Of a DNA stretch of 64,000 nt, positions 32,216 to 41,034 are shown piece after piece. The number at the start of each line of letters is the position of its first letter. Within the stretch, counting starts at the first letter, position 1. The position numbers and the translations under genes were made by a program. The notes under the pieces were generated by a model that did no database searches, was not told the DNA's origin, and saw only the letters and a program-made list of their open reading frames with translations. The DNA is from an uncultured Bifidobacteriaceae bacterium. GTDB lineage: Bacteria; Actinomycetota; Acidimicrobiia; IMCC26256; PALSA-555. The stretch lies in the NCBI GenBank assembly GCA_964555735.1, contig CAZKTS010000038.1, forward strand, positions 6,929 through 70,928, written 5' to 3'.

Positions 32216-33082
32216 CCGGTCGTTCACGAGCGCGACGCGCGAACCCAACGCGTCGAGTGCCGCCTCGGCCACCGCGTCACCGAAACGAACGACGCCCGCG
32301 GCATACACGCCGCATCGTCCGACCTCGGTCCCGGGCACCGGACAGAAGTGGAGGCCGTCGTTCGCACGCACGACGATCTCGCCGTCCCGGCACGCGGGCA
32401 TCGCGCGCTCGCCCGGAGTGCAGGGGAGCTCGCGCGGGAACCGCATCGCTCCGCTGTCGTCCCTGGTCGTGGCCGCCAAGGCCGCTTCCGGAGCGCCGCG
32501 GAACGACACGCGCGGCCCGTTGGCCGCGGCGACGAACTGGTAGACCGCGTCCAGCGGATTGCGCTCAGGCAGGAACGGCGCGACGGCCCGCGGCGGCGTG
32601 CCCACGATCACCACCTCGGTGTCTTGCCCGCCCGCGATCCAGTACGCAGCTGCGGTCATGGCATCGAGGAGGTAGCTCATCCGGACGTCGCGCTCGTCAG
32701 TGCCGCGCGCGAGCATGCAGGGCGTCATGGCGTTGCCGGCGAACTCGATGACGACGACGTCGGGCCGCAGCACCGCGTCGGAGCGCATCTGGGGGAGCCA
32801 GTCGCAGAGCGCGGTGCCACCGAACGAGCGCAGGGTCACCTCGGCAGTCGGGTCCGCGAAGTGGATGCTCGACTCGATCCGGAACTGCGCCTCGGCGATC
32901 AGTGAATCGCCGTAGACGAGGATCTTCGGCGCCAGCGGTGGGTACCGCGCCTCGGTCGGCCCCGAACCGTCGTTGCCCGCCGCGAGCCCCGGGCCGGCCA
33001 GAACCCCCGCGACGGTGACGAGCGTCGCGATCGCGACACGCACGCGTCGGCCGGACTCACGAGACGGTGCCGGCCGCTGCAT
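32198..33082 (-). CDS. secreted SGNH/GDSL-family hydrolase
   Basis: From ATG 33082: signal MQRPAPSRESGRRVRVAIATLVTVAGVLAGPGLAAG; block I ILVYGDSL; block V DGLHF. The 3' end overlaps the convergent ParB-like gene by 18 nt. Confidence 0.7.
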   Translation of the reverse strand: MQRPAPSRESGRRVRVAIATLVTVAGVLAGPGLAAGNDGSGPTEARYPPLAPKILVYGDSLIAEAQFRIESSIHFADPTAEVTLRSFGGTALCDWLPQMRSDAVLRPDVVVIEFAGNAMTPCMLARGTDERDVRMSYLLDAMTAAAYWIAGGQDTEVVIVGTPPRAVAPFLPERNPLDAVYQFVAAANGPRVSFRGAPEAALAATTRDDSGAMRFPRELPCTPGERAMPACRDGEIVVRANDGLHFCPVPGTEVGRCGVYAAGVVRFGDAVAEAALDALGSRVALVNDRSVAAP

Positions 33083-33252
33083 GAGGACGGAAGATCTCGC
33101 ACCGAGTGAAGCCGCACGGCAAAGCACCGTAAGAAGTCGTGAAGGAGAGCGTCCGACTCTTACGCCGTCCTTACCCTCGCCGGGCTCGGCGGCCGACGAC
33201 CGCGGCCGATCTGCGACACTCGCGGCATGCCGTGCGACGCGCGTCGGTCCCG

Positions 33253-33927
33253 ATGACGCGCGTGCTGGTCGCCGAGGACGATCCGTCCGCGCTCGAGTCG
33301 GTCACGCGCGCACTGGAGCTCGAGGGGTACGACGCCGAAGGTGTCGGGAATGGTGCCGAAGCGCTCCGGGTCGTCGCCGACGCCCCCGTCGATCTGCTCG
33401 TCCTCGACCTGATGATGCCGGTCATCGACGGCCTGACGGTCTGTCGACGCCTGCGAGCGGCGGGAGACCGCACGCCGGTCCTGATGATGACCGCGCGCAC
33501 TGAGCTCTCGGACCGGGTGTCCGGGCTCGACGCCGGCGCGGACGATTACCTCCCGAAGCCCTTCGCGCTCGACGAGCTGCTCGCCCGGATCCGGGCGCTC
33601 CTCCGCCGGGCCAGCTACGACCACGAGCACCGCCCGCTCGAGTTCGACGACCTGAAGATCGACGAGGCATCGCGGCGCGTTTGGAGGGGCGAGCGCGAGG
33701 TCGAGCTCACCAAGACGGAGTTCGACCTGCTCCAGCTGCTCACCCGCAACGCCGGCATCGTGCTGTCGCACACCACGATCTACGAACGGATCTGGGGCTT
33801 CGACTTCGGCGCCGACTCCAACTCGCTCCCCGTCTACATCGGCTACCTCCGGCGCAAGCTCGAAGCGGATGGGGAAGCGCGCCTCATCCAGACCGTCCGC
33901 GCGGTCGGCTACACGGTGCGCCGGTGA
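33253..33927 (+). CDS. OmpR-family response regulator
   Basis: MTRVLVAEDDPSALESV...DLLVLDLMMPVIDG... receiver domain, plus a winged-helix C-terminus ...LTKTEFDLLQLL...VRAVGYTVRR. Confidence 0.9.
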   Translation: MTRVLVAEDDPSALESVTRALELEGYDAEGVGNGAEALRVVADAPVDLLVLDLMMPVIDGLTVCRRLRAAGDRTPVLMMTARTELSDRVSGLDAGADDYLPKPFALDELLARIRALLRRASYDHEHRPLEFDDLKIDEASRRVWRGEREVELTKTEFDLLQLLTRNAGIVLSHTTIYERIWGFDFGADSNSLPVYIGYLRRKLEADGEARLIQTVRAVGYTVRR

Positions 33928-35327
33928 CGAGCCTCCGCCTGCGCCTGGCGATCGGCCTCGCGCTGCTCGCCGCACTGTCGGTCGTGGCCGTCGCCACCAG
34001 CAACTACCTCCAGACGTCGGACCGCCTCCACGCCCAGGTCGACGCGACACTGCGCTCCGACACCCGGCCGCTGGCGGGCGGCGAGGGCTCGTCGACCGCG
34101 TTCGTCGCGGCCGTGTTCTGCCAACAGATCCGCGATGGCGAGGGAGCGGTGGCGGGCTACACCGCGAAGATCACCTCGCAGCTCGGCACCTCGGTGCAAT
34201 GCTTGAACGCCGATGGCGCCGTGAGCGCCTCCATCGGCCGGGCCGATCTGCCTGCGCCGGAGGACGCGGCCGGGTCGGTCGGGAGCACCGTGGTGCTCAC
34301 CACCCAGGAGGTCGACGGGCACACCTACCGCGTCGCGTCGTTCGCGGGACCGGAGGGCGGGACGATCCGGATCATCCGCAGCCTCGCGACCACCGAGCGC
34401 GTGCTCGAATCGATCCGCGAACGGGCGCTGATCATCGGGGGAGTGGTCATCCTGCTGGCAGCTGCGCTCGGGTGGCTCATCGCCGGCTTGATCATCCGAC
34501 CGGTGGAGCGGCTCACGACGGTCGCCGAGCGGGTTGCGGCGACGGGTGAGCTCGCAGCTCCCGTGAGCACGAAGCGACGCGACGAGGTCGGACGCCTTGC
34601 GCGCGCGTTCTCGTCGATGCTCACTGCGCTCAACGAGTCGCGAAGCCAGCAGCAGCGTCTCGTGGAGGACGCGAGCCACGAGCTGCGAACGCCGCTCACC
34701 AGCCTGCGGACGAACATCGACACCCTCCGCCGCCACGAGGATCTCGATCTCGAGGTGCGCACCCGGATCCTGGAAGGGCTCGACACCGAGCTCCGGGCCC
34801 TGGGTGCCCTCACCGACGAGCTGGTCGAGCTCACGGTCGGCGCGCGGACCGAAGAGCCCGCGGAGGCGCTCGACCTCGAGCTGCTCGTCCAGCGCGCTGC
34901 GAACCTGGTCGAGCAACGCAGCGGACGGACGATCGATGTCGAGGCCACACCGAGCACCGTGGTCGCCCGGCCGTCGGCGCTGCTCCGCGCGGTGGTGAAC
35001 ATCCTCGACAACGCGGTGAAGTTCAGCCCGCCCTCCACGCCGATCGAGGTGGTGACCGGCGACGGCCGGGTCGAGGTGCGCGACCACGGCCCGGGGATCG
35101 ACGCCGACGACCTGCCGTTCGTCTTCGACCGCTTCTACCGGGCAGTGGGCGCGCGATCGCTTCCCGGCTCCGGGCTCGGCCTGTCGATCGTGCGGACCGT
35201 CGCCGAGGAGAGCGGGGGCTCCGTGCTCGCCGGCAACCACGACGCCGGCGCATTCATCGCGCTGCAGCTCCCGACGGCGGCGGCAACGAGCGACGCAACC
35301 GGAGCGGTGGTGCCCCGGCCGCGGTGA
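33924..35327 (+). CDS. sensor histidine kinase (two TM, HAMP, HisKA, HATPase_c)
   Basis: GTG 33924 overlaps the regulator stop (GTGA). H-box ASHELRTPLTSL, N-box NILDNAVKFSP, G-boxes DHGPGI and GSGLGLSIV. Confidence 0.85.
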   Translation: MTSLRLRLAIGLALLAALSVVAVATSNYLQTSDRLHAQVDATLRSDTRPLAGGEGSSTAFVAAVFCQQIRDGEGAVAGYTAKITSQLGTSVQCLNADGAVSASIGRADLPAPEDAAGSVGSTVVLTTQEVDGHTYRVASFAGPEGGTIRIIRSLATTERVLESIRERALIIGGVVILLAAALGWLIAGLIIRPVERLTTVAERVAATGELAAPVSTKRRDEVGRLARAFSSMLTALNESRSQQQRLVEDASHELRTPLTSLRTNIDTLRRHEDLDLEVRTRILEGLDTELRALGALTDELVELTVGARTEEPAEALDLELLVQRAANLVEQRSGRTIDVEATPSTVVARPSALLRAVVNILDNAVKFSPPSTPIEVVTGDGRVEVRDHGPGIDADDLPFVFDRFYRAVGARSLPGSGLGLSIVRTVAEESGGSVLAGNHDAGAFIALQLPTAAATSDATGAVVPRPR

Positions 35328-36066
35328 GGGCGACGCTCTCGACCAGCTCCTGCACGTACGGGTGCTCCGGCGTCTCCAGCACCCGGCAGGTCGGCCCGGT
35401 CTCGACGACGACACCGTCCTTCATCACCGCGACGCGGCCGGCGAGCCGCCGCGCGACCGCGAGATCGTGGGTGATGAGCACCATGCCGATGCCCGTCGTG
35501 GCACCGAGCCGGAGGAGCAGGTCGATCACTTGCGTCGTGGTCGTCGCGTCCAGGCTCGACGTGGGCTCGTCGAGCACCACGAACCGCGGCTCGAGGACGA
35601 GCGCACGTGCGAGGACCGCGCGGGCGAGCTGACCGCCGCTGCACGCGGCGGGACGCCGGTCGAGCAGCGACGGATCGAGCGCGACCGCTTCGAGGACCGG
35701 CTCGACCCGCGCCGCCACCGCGTCATCGCCGCGGCCGAGCCCGTGCACGCGAAGCGCCTGCGCGAGGGCGCGGCCGACCGAACGGCGCCGGTTGAGCGCG
35801 GTGCGTGGGTTCTGGGTCACGAGCTGCACGAGTCGCTGGTCGTGCCGCGTGCGCCGCGGCGGCAGCGTCCGCTCGTCGATCCGGACCTCGCCGGCGGTCG
35901 GGGCGGTCACCCCGGCGAGCATCCGACCAACCGTCGACTTCCCGGCACCCGACTCCCCCACGAGCGCGACGATCTCGCCGTCGTCGACCACGAGGTCGAA
36001 CGCGTCGACCGCGGCGCGGCGCTGCGCGTCGTAGCGCTTGACCAGGCCGCACGCTTCGAGCGTCAT
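35254..36066 (-). CDS. Dpp/Opp-type ABC transporter ATP-binding protein (DppF-like)
   Basis: From ATG 36066 (ATGA overlap): Walker A GESGAGKST, signature CSGGQLARAVLARAL, Walker [13 protein letters not shown]. Confidence 0.85.
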   Translation of the reverse strand: MTLEACGLVKRYDAQRRAAVDAFDLVVDDGEIVALVGESGAGKSTVGRMLAGVTAPTAGEVRIDERTLPPRRTRHDQRLVQLVTQNPRTALNRRRSVGRALAQALRVHGLGRGDDAVAARVEPVLEAVALDPSLLDRRPAACSGGQLARAVLARALVLEPRFVVLDEPTSSLDATTTTQVIDLLLRLGATTGIGMVLITHDLAVARRLAGRVAVMKDGVVVETGPTCRVLETPEHPYVQELVESVALTAAGAPPLRLRRSLPPPSGAAAR

Positions 36067-36848
36067 GCCGACGCGAGCAGCTGCTGGGTCTGCTCGTGGC
36101 TCGGGGCTGCGAAGAGCTCGTCGACCGGCGCGCACTCGACGATCCGGCCCTCGTGCATGACCGCGACACGGTCGCAGATCTGGGCGACGACGCCGAGGTC
36201 GTGCGACACGAACAGGATCGACAGCCCGAGGCGCGCCCGCACGTCGAGGAGCTCGCGCAGCACCTGCACCCGAACCGTCGCGTCCAGGGAGCTGGTGGGT
36301 TCGTCGGCCACCAGCAGGGTCGGACGGTGCGCGAACGCGGCGATCGCCACCACGAGCCGCTGCAGCTCGCCGCCCGAGAACCGGTCCGGGAGCTCGTCGA
36401 GGCGCTCGAGCACGGGCCCGAGACCGATCGCCCCGAGCGCCTCCACCAGCTCGGAACCGCCGAGGTCATCACCCAGGTACCACCGGAGCTGACGGCCGAT
36501 CGGCACCGTCGGGGTGAGCGCGGCCATCGGGTGCTGCGGGACGAGCGCGACGCGTCGACCCCGGACGCGCCGCATGTCCCGTTCGCCGAGCGCGGCGAGG
36601 TCGATCCCGTCGAGCCGCAGCTCGTCGGCGCGGAACGTCGCCGAGCGCGGCAGCAGACGGAGCAACGCGGAGCACACGCTCGACTTGCCGCTGCCGGACT
36701 CACCCACCAGGCCGAAGATCTCGCCCCGACCGACATCGAACGACACGTCGCGCACCGCGGGCACGACCGCGTCACGCCGGCCGTAGGTCACGTCCAGCCC
36801 GGCGACGCGCAGCGTCGGCGGCGTGAGCGACGCGTCCGCGAGCGTCAT
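36063..36848 (-). CDS. Dpp/Opp-type ABC transporter ATP-binding protein (DppD-like)
   Basis: Walker [10 protein letters not shown], signature [12 protein letters not shown], Walker [13 protein letters not shown]. Confidence 0.85.
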   Translation of the reverse strand: MTLADASLTPPTLRVAGLDVTYGRRDAVVPAVRDVSFDVGRGEIFGLVGESGSGKSSVCSALLRLLPRSATFRADELRLDGIDLAALGERDMRRVRGRRVALVPQHPMAALTPTVPIGRQLRWYLGDDLGGSELVEALGAIGLGPVLERLDELPDRFSGGELQRLVVAIAAFAHRPTLLVADEPTSSLDATVRVQVLRELLDVRARLGLSILFVSHDLGVVAQICDRVAVMHEGRIVECAPVDELFAAPSHEQTQQLLASA

Positions 36849-38401
36849 TCGAACGCGAGGCGCTGTGGCGCGAGCCGACTGATGCGGAGCTGCTGGCGGT
36901 CGAGCGGGCTGAGCTCGGCGCGCTGTGCGAGCGCGAGCTTCGGGTACACGGGCGGGAAGATGACCGCGTCCTCAGCGAGACGCCGGTTGAGCCGGCGCAG
37001 CGCCTCCACGCGCTCGCCGTCGTCGGACGTCTCCCAGATCGTGTCGACGAGCGCGTCCACCTCGTCGTCCTGGTACCCGCAGGCGAGCACGTTGGTGGAG
37101 CTGGCCGGTGCGATGACCAGGTAGTTGGCCGGGCCGGACGTGAAGCCGCTCTGGAACGTGTTCATCAGCATCTCGAACTCGCGCGAGAGCCACTTGTTCG
37201 ACCACGGCCCACCGGCGAGCTGCTCGATGGTGACGTCGAGCCCGGCCTCCGCCCATCCTGCCGCCAGGACCTGCGCGATGTCCTTCGCGGTCTGGCTCGT
37301 GCCGATCGTCACCGTGAACGACCGCTGCGACGTCTTCGCCTTCCGCAGAAGCCGCTTCGCGCGGTCGACGTCGGGCTCGGCCCGGTACACCGACACGCCG
37401 GGATCCCACCCGAGCTCCGCCGGGCCGATCGGACCCTGCCCGATCGTTCCCTTGCCGCCGTACACGAGCCGCAGCACACCGGCGCGATCCATCGAGTGCG
37501 CGACCGCGCGCCGGAACGCGATGTCGTCGAACGGCGGCTTCCACAAGTTGACGTAGGTCAGGACGTCGAGCGGTGCGTCCGCGAGCACGAGGTCGACGCC
37601 GTCGGCCGACTCGGCGGCGCTGAGGTTCTGGGCCGCCACGGACGTGATCAGGTCGACCTTGCCCTGTCGCAGGCTCACGAGCCGCGTGGTCGCGTCGGTG
37701 AACAGCGTGTACTGGATCCCGCCGAACGAACCCGGTGTGCCGTGATACTCGGCGAAGCGCGACATCGTGAAGCGCTGCCCGGGCACGTACTCATCGAGCA
37801 CGTACGGACCCGTGCCCATCATGGTGTCGCGCCGCTTGACGAAGTCGCGGTGCGTGATCGGCAGGTTGGTGAGGTGTGACCGCAGCAGGCCGTACGGCCG
37901 CGTGAGGAAGATCCGCACCGTCGCGTCGTCCGGAGCGTCGAAGCGGTGCACGTAGCCGACCATGTAGGTGATCCACTCACTGCCCGCTGAGAGGTCGAGC
38001 ATGTGGGCGAGCGTCGCGACGACGTCGGCGGCCTGCAGCGGGTCACCGTTGTGCCAGGTGATGTCGCGACGGATCGGGATGGTCCAGACCCGGCCGTCCG
38101 CGGAGACCTCGGGCTCGCCGGAGGCGAGGAGCGGCACCGAGCGCAGCTCGTCGTCGTAGGTGTAGAGGCTCTCCATCACCGGCTCGGCGATCCAGCGCGT
38201 GACCTCGGACCCCGAGTCGAGCGGGTTGATGTTGCTCGGCATCGCGGCGACGCCGATCTGGAGGACGCCGTCGCGCGTCCGCTCGTCGACGCGCGCCGAC
38301 GAGCTGCTCGATCCGCACGCGGCGAGGAACGCCGACGACCCACCGACGGTCAGGGCGCTCAGCGCGAGGAAGCGGCGCCGACTCAGCTCGTGCTCGCTCA
38401 T
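36845..38401 (-). CDS. family-5 (DppA/OppA/NikA-type) substrate-binding lipoprotein with Tat signal
   Basis: From ATG 38401 (ATGA overlap): MSEHELSRRRFLALSALTVGGSSAFLAAC-GSSSS (twin-Arg plus lipobox). The body is typical SBP_bac_5. The upstream 283 codons of track ORF 36845..39250 are shadow. Confidence 0.85.
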   Translation of the reverse strand: MSEHELSRRRFLALSALTVGGSSAFLAACGSSSSSARVDERTRDGVLQIGVAAMPSNINPLDSGSEVTRWIAEPVMESLYTYDDELRSVPLLASGEPEVSADGRVWTIPIRRDITWHNGDPLQAADVVATLAHMLDLSAGSEWITYMVGYVHRFDAPDDATVRIFLTRPYGLLRSHLTNLPITHRDFVKRRDTMMGTGPYVLDEYVPGQRFTMSRFAEYHGTPGSFGGIQYTLFTDATTRLVSLRQGKVDLITSVAAQNLSAAESADGVDLVLADAPLDVLTYVNLWKPPFDDIAFRRAVAHSMDRAGVLRLVYGGKGTIGQGPIGPAELGWDPGVSVYRAEPDVDRAKRLLRKAKTSQRSFTVTIGTSQTAKDIAQVLAAGWAEAGLDVTIEQLAGGPWSNKWLSREFEMLMNTFQSGFTSGPANYLVIAPASSTNVLACGYQDDEVDALVDTIWETSDDGERVEALRRLNRRLAEDAVIFPPVYPKLALAQRAELSPLDRQQLRISRLAPQRLAFE

Positions 38402-39273
38402 CCGACCTCTCCTCCTTGGCGGGCGCCCACACGGGCACCGTCGGACCCGACCAGCGAGTCGTTGAGCGAGTCGCCCAGCAGGTTGCAGGCGAGGATCCCG
38501 AGCACGAGCACCGTGCCCGGCAACGCGGCGTACCACCAGAAGCCGTCGATGATCTGCGCGCCGGCGTCGGCCACGAGGTTCCCGAGCGTCGCCTGCGGCG
38601 GTGCCACCCCGAGCCCCAGGAAGCTGAGGCCGCCCTCGGCGAAGATCGCGATCGCCATCGCCAGCAGTGCCTGCACGAGCACCACCGGCGCGATGTTCAC
38701 GGCAACGTCGCGACCGAGGATCTCGCGTGGCGGCACACCGACCGCGCGCAGCGCGAGCACGTAGTCCTGGTGCAGCTCGGTGAGCGCAGCGGCGCGGACG
38801 ACGCGGGTGAAGAACGGGAGGAACCCGATCGCCAGGCAGAAGGCGATGCGGACCTCGGTGCTGATCGAGAACGGCCCGAGCTCCGTCGTCCCCGACCCCA
38901 TGATGCTGAGCAGGAAGATGACGAGCACGAAGGTCGGGAGCGCCTGGGCCGTCTCGATCGTGCGCATGATGAGGCCGTCGGTGCGGCGACCGGCGCGCCA
39001 CGCGGCCGCGAGACCCAACGGTGCCGCGACGGCCAGCGAGAGCAGGATCGCCGCCGAGCTCACGAGCATCGAGAGCCATGCCGCGTCCGCCGTACGCGCG
39101 AGCAGGTCCCGGCCGAGGTGGTCGGTGCCGAACGGGTGCGCCCATGACGGCGACTCCGGCCCACGGGCGACGATCGCGGTCGGGTCGCCGTGGAGCTGCC
39201 CCACCGTGGCGACGAGCACGAACAGCACCGCGCACACGATCCCGAGCCACGTGACCACCCCGCTCCGTTTCAC
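38398..39273 (-). CDS. Dpp/Opp-type ABC permease (DppC-like)
   Basis: 291 aa with multiple TM segments and an EAA-like loop ...ALRAVGVPPREILGRDVAVN... GTGA overlap with the upstream gene. Confidence 0.85.
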   Translation of the reverse strand: MKRSGVVTWLGIVCAVLFVLVATVGQLHGDPTAIVARGPESPSWAHPFGTDHLGRDLLARTADAAWLSMLVSSAAILLSLAVAAPLGLAAAWRAGRRTDGLIMRTIETAQALPTFVLVIFLLSIMGSGTTELGPFSISTEVRIAFCLAIGFLPFFTRVVRAAALTELHQDYVLALRAVGVPPREILGRDVAVNIAPVVLVQALLAMAIAIFAEGGLSFLGLGVAPPQATLGNLVADAGAQIIDGFWWYAALPGTVLVLGILACNLLGDSLNDSLVGSDGARVGARQGGEVG

Positions 39274-40244
39274 GCGAACGCCTCTGTGGTCGTGACCCGA
39301 CGGGTGCGCGGGTCCACGAGCGCGCTCACGACGTCGATGACGAGGTTGAGGACCAGGAAGATCGTCGCGGTGACGACCGTCGCCCCCAGCGCGAGCGGGT
39401 AGTCACGCCGCACGAACGCGGTGACCATCAGCTGGCCGAGCCCGGGGATCTGGAAGACGTTCTCGATGAGGATCGTCCCGGACACCAGGCCGCCGAGCAG
39501 CACCCCCATCACCGCGAGGGTCGGCGTGAGCGCGTTGCGGAGCGCGATCCTCCGCACGAGGGCGCGCTCGGGCATCCCCATCGCGCGGGCGAACGTGACG
39601 TCGTCGTAGGACAGGACGTCGAGCAGGGACGCGCGGATCGAGCGCGCCACCATCGCCAGCACCGCGAGGCCGAGCACGGTCGCCGGGAGGATCATCGCCT
39701 GCAGGTTCGCCAACGGGTCCTCGGCGAAGGTGACGAACCCACCGGCGCCCGGCAGCAGCTCGGGGTTCGAGTCACCCACCAGCACGAGACAGAGGACCGC
39801 GAGCCAGTAGGAGGGGACGGAGATCGCCAGCACGGTGAGCACCCGCGTGCCGCCGTCGAGCCAGCGGCCGTGGCGGAGGGCCGCGAACGTCCCGAGCAGG
39901 AGTCCCGGCACGATCGCGACGAGCGCGGCGAGGAGCCCGAGCTCGAGCGAGACCGGCAGGCGCTCCGCGATCTGGTCGGACACCGACGAGCCGTCGTAGA
40001 ACGACGTCCCGAGGTCGCCCTGCACGAGGTCGCCCACGTACCGCCCGTACTGCACGAGGAGCGGATCGTCGATGCCGAGGCTCTCCTCGACCGCGGCGCG
40101 GGCGCGCGGGTCGGCGACGACCGCCGGCGACATCGAGTCGACCGGGCTGTCGTCGGCCGCGTGGAGCAGCAGGAACATCGCGCTGACGGAGACGAAGAGC
40201 ACGACCACCAGCGCGACCGTGCGGCGGACGACGTACCGAAGCAT
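39270..40244 (-). CDS. Dpp/Opp-type ABC permease (DppB-like)
   Basis: 324 aa. MLRYVVRRTVALVVVLFVSV... is the typical DppB/OppB N-terminus; ...FARAMGMPERALVRRIALRNAL... Confidence 0.85.
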   Translation of the reverse strand: MLRYVVRRTVALVVVLFVSVSAMFLLLHAADDSPVDSMSPAVVADPRARAAVEESLGIDDPLLVQYGRYVGDLVQGDLGTSFYDGSSVSDQIAERLPVSLELGLLAALVAIVPGLLLGTFAALRHGRWLDGGTRVLTVLAISVPSYWLAVLCLVLVGDSNPELLPGAGGFVTFAEDPLANLQAMILPATVLGLAVLAMVARSIRASLLDVLSYDDVTFARAMGMPERALVRRIALRNALTPTLAVMGVLLGGLVSGTILIENVFQIPGLGQLMVTAFVRRDYPLALGATVVTATIFLVLNLVIDVVSALVDPRTRRVTTTEAFA

Positions 40245-40276
40245 GGCGAACTCGGGGAGTCAGCGGAGACCGCGGG

Positions 40277-40936
40277 TCACGCGGTCACGTGCTCGAGGTC
40301 GGCGAGGACCGCGAGGTTGTGGTCGTACGCGAGGAGCATCTCCTCGACGATGCGAGTGCGCTCCTCGTCGTCCCACGGCGCGGCGTCCAGGCGCGCGCGG
40401 TAGTCGGCCTTGAACGCGGTGAGGTCGCCGAGGGCGTCGAAGTCGTAGAACTCGACGCCGACGCCGTCCTCGAGTGCGTACGCGCGCTCGACCGCGCCGC
40501 GGATCAACTGGCCGCCGGAGAGGTCGCCGAGGTAGCGCGTGTAGTGGTGGGCGACGAAGCCGCCCGGCCACGTCCAGCAGACCTCGCGGAGGCGGTCGCA
40601 GTAGGCCTCGGTGGCGGGCGACGCTGCGAACGCTTCCGGCCAGTCGGGACCGGCGAGCGCGTCCAGGTCGCGGCGCAGCGCGTCGCCTCGCTGCAGCTCC
40701 TCCACGACGAACGGCCCCGCCACGGGATCGTCTGCCATCGCCGATGCCGCGTCCTCGAGCACCCCGTAGATCGCGTGGTGCTGGGCCACCATCGCGACGT
40801 AGCTGTCGCGGTCGAGCGTGCCCACGAAGAGCGCACGGAGGAACGGCGCGCCGGCTGCCTCCTCGTGGCGATCCCACGTAGCCGCTCGGATCTGCTCGGC
40901 GAACGACGACGTCCGCGCCCCACCTGCACTGTTCAC
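40277..40936 (-). CDS. hmuO: heme oxygenase (biliverdin-producing, HmuO/HO-1 type)
   Basis: ...FAEQIRAATWDRHEEAAGAPFLRALFVG...HHYTRYLGDLSGGQLI... matches canonical HO motifs. I prefer the GTG at 40936 because GGGAG (40943-40947) lies 6 nt upstream; the track start is the ATG at 40954. Confidence 0.85.
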   Translation of the reverse strand: MNSAGGARTSSFAEQIRAATWDRHEEAAGAPFLRALFVGTLDRDSYVAMVAQHHAIYGVLEDAASAMADDPVAGPFVVEELQRGDALRRDLDALAGPDWPEAFAASPATEAYCDRLREVCWTWPGGFVAHHYTRYLGDLSGGQLIRGAVERAYALEDGVGVEFYDFDALGDLTAFKADYRARLDAAPWDDEERTRIVEEMLLAYDHNLAVLADLEHVTA

Positions 40937-40958
40937 TCGACGCTCCCGGGTCATTCAG

Positions 40959-40977
40959 TTAGGGTCACCTGACCTAA
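40959..40977. promoter_or_regulatory. DtxR/IdeR-type iron box 1
   Basis: TTAGGGTCACCTGACCTAA compared with the consensus TTAGGTTAGSCTAACCTAA: 15/19 by my count, with perfect TTAGG...CCTAA outer arms. It is an AT-rich island in a GC-rich divergent promoter. Confidence 0.6.
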
Positions 40978-40978
40978 C

Positions 40979-40997
40979 TTTGGTGAGGCTAACCCAA
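40979..40997. promoter_or_regulatory. DtxR/IdeR-type iron box 2
   Basis: TTTGGTGAGGCTAACCCAA compared with the consensus TTAGGTTAGSCTAACCTAA: 16/19 by my count. It sits 1 nt after box 1. A TAACTT -10-like hexamer (40975-40980) bridges the two boxes. Confidence 0.6.
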
Positions 40998-41034
40998 GCC
41001 TTGCGACGGCGACAGTCCACCGGGAGGACGCTCC

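Noticed and set aside
33253-35327. Two-component system as the heme-responsive HrrSA/ChrSA-type regulator of the adjacent heme locus
   Set aside because: The response regulator is OmpR/winged-helix type, whereas HrrA/ChrA are NarL/LuxR type. The kinase has a conventional periplasmic loop/HAMP layout rather than the HrrS/ChrS multi-TM heme sensor. The pair is convergent with the dpp operon, not upstream of it. Adjacency alone is insufficient.
40937-40954. ATG at 40954 as the hmuO start (track call)
   Set aside because: It would place the start codon only 4 nt from iron box 1 with no RBS. GTG 40936 has GGGAG 6 nt upstream. A leaderless transcript from 40954 cannot be excluded.
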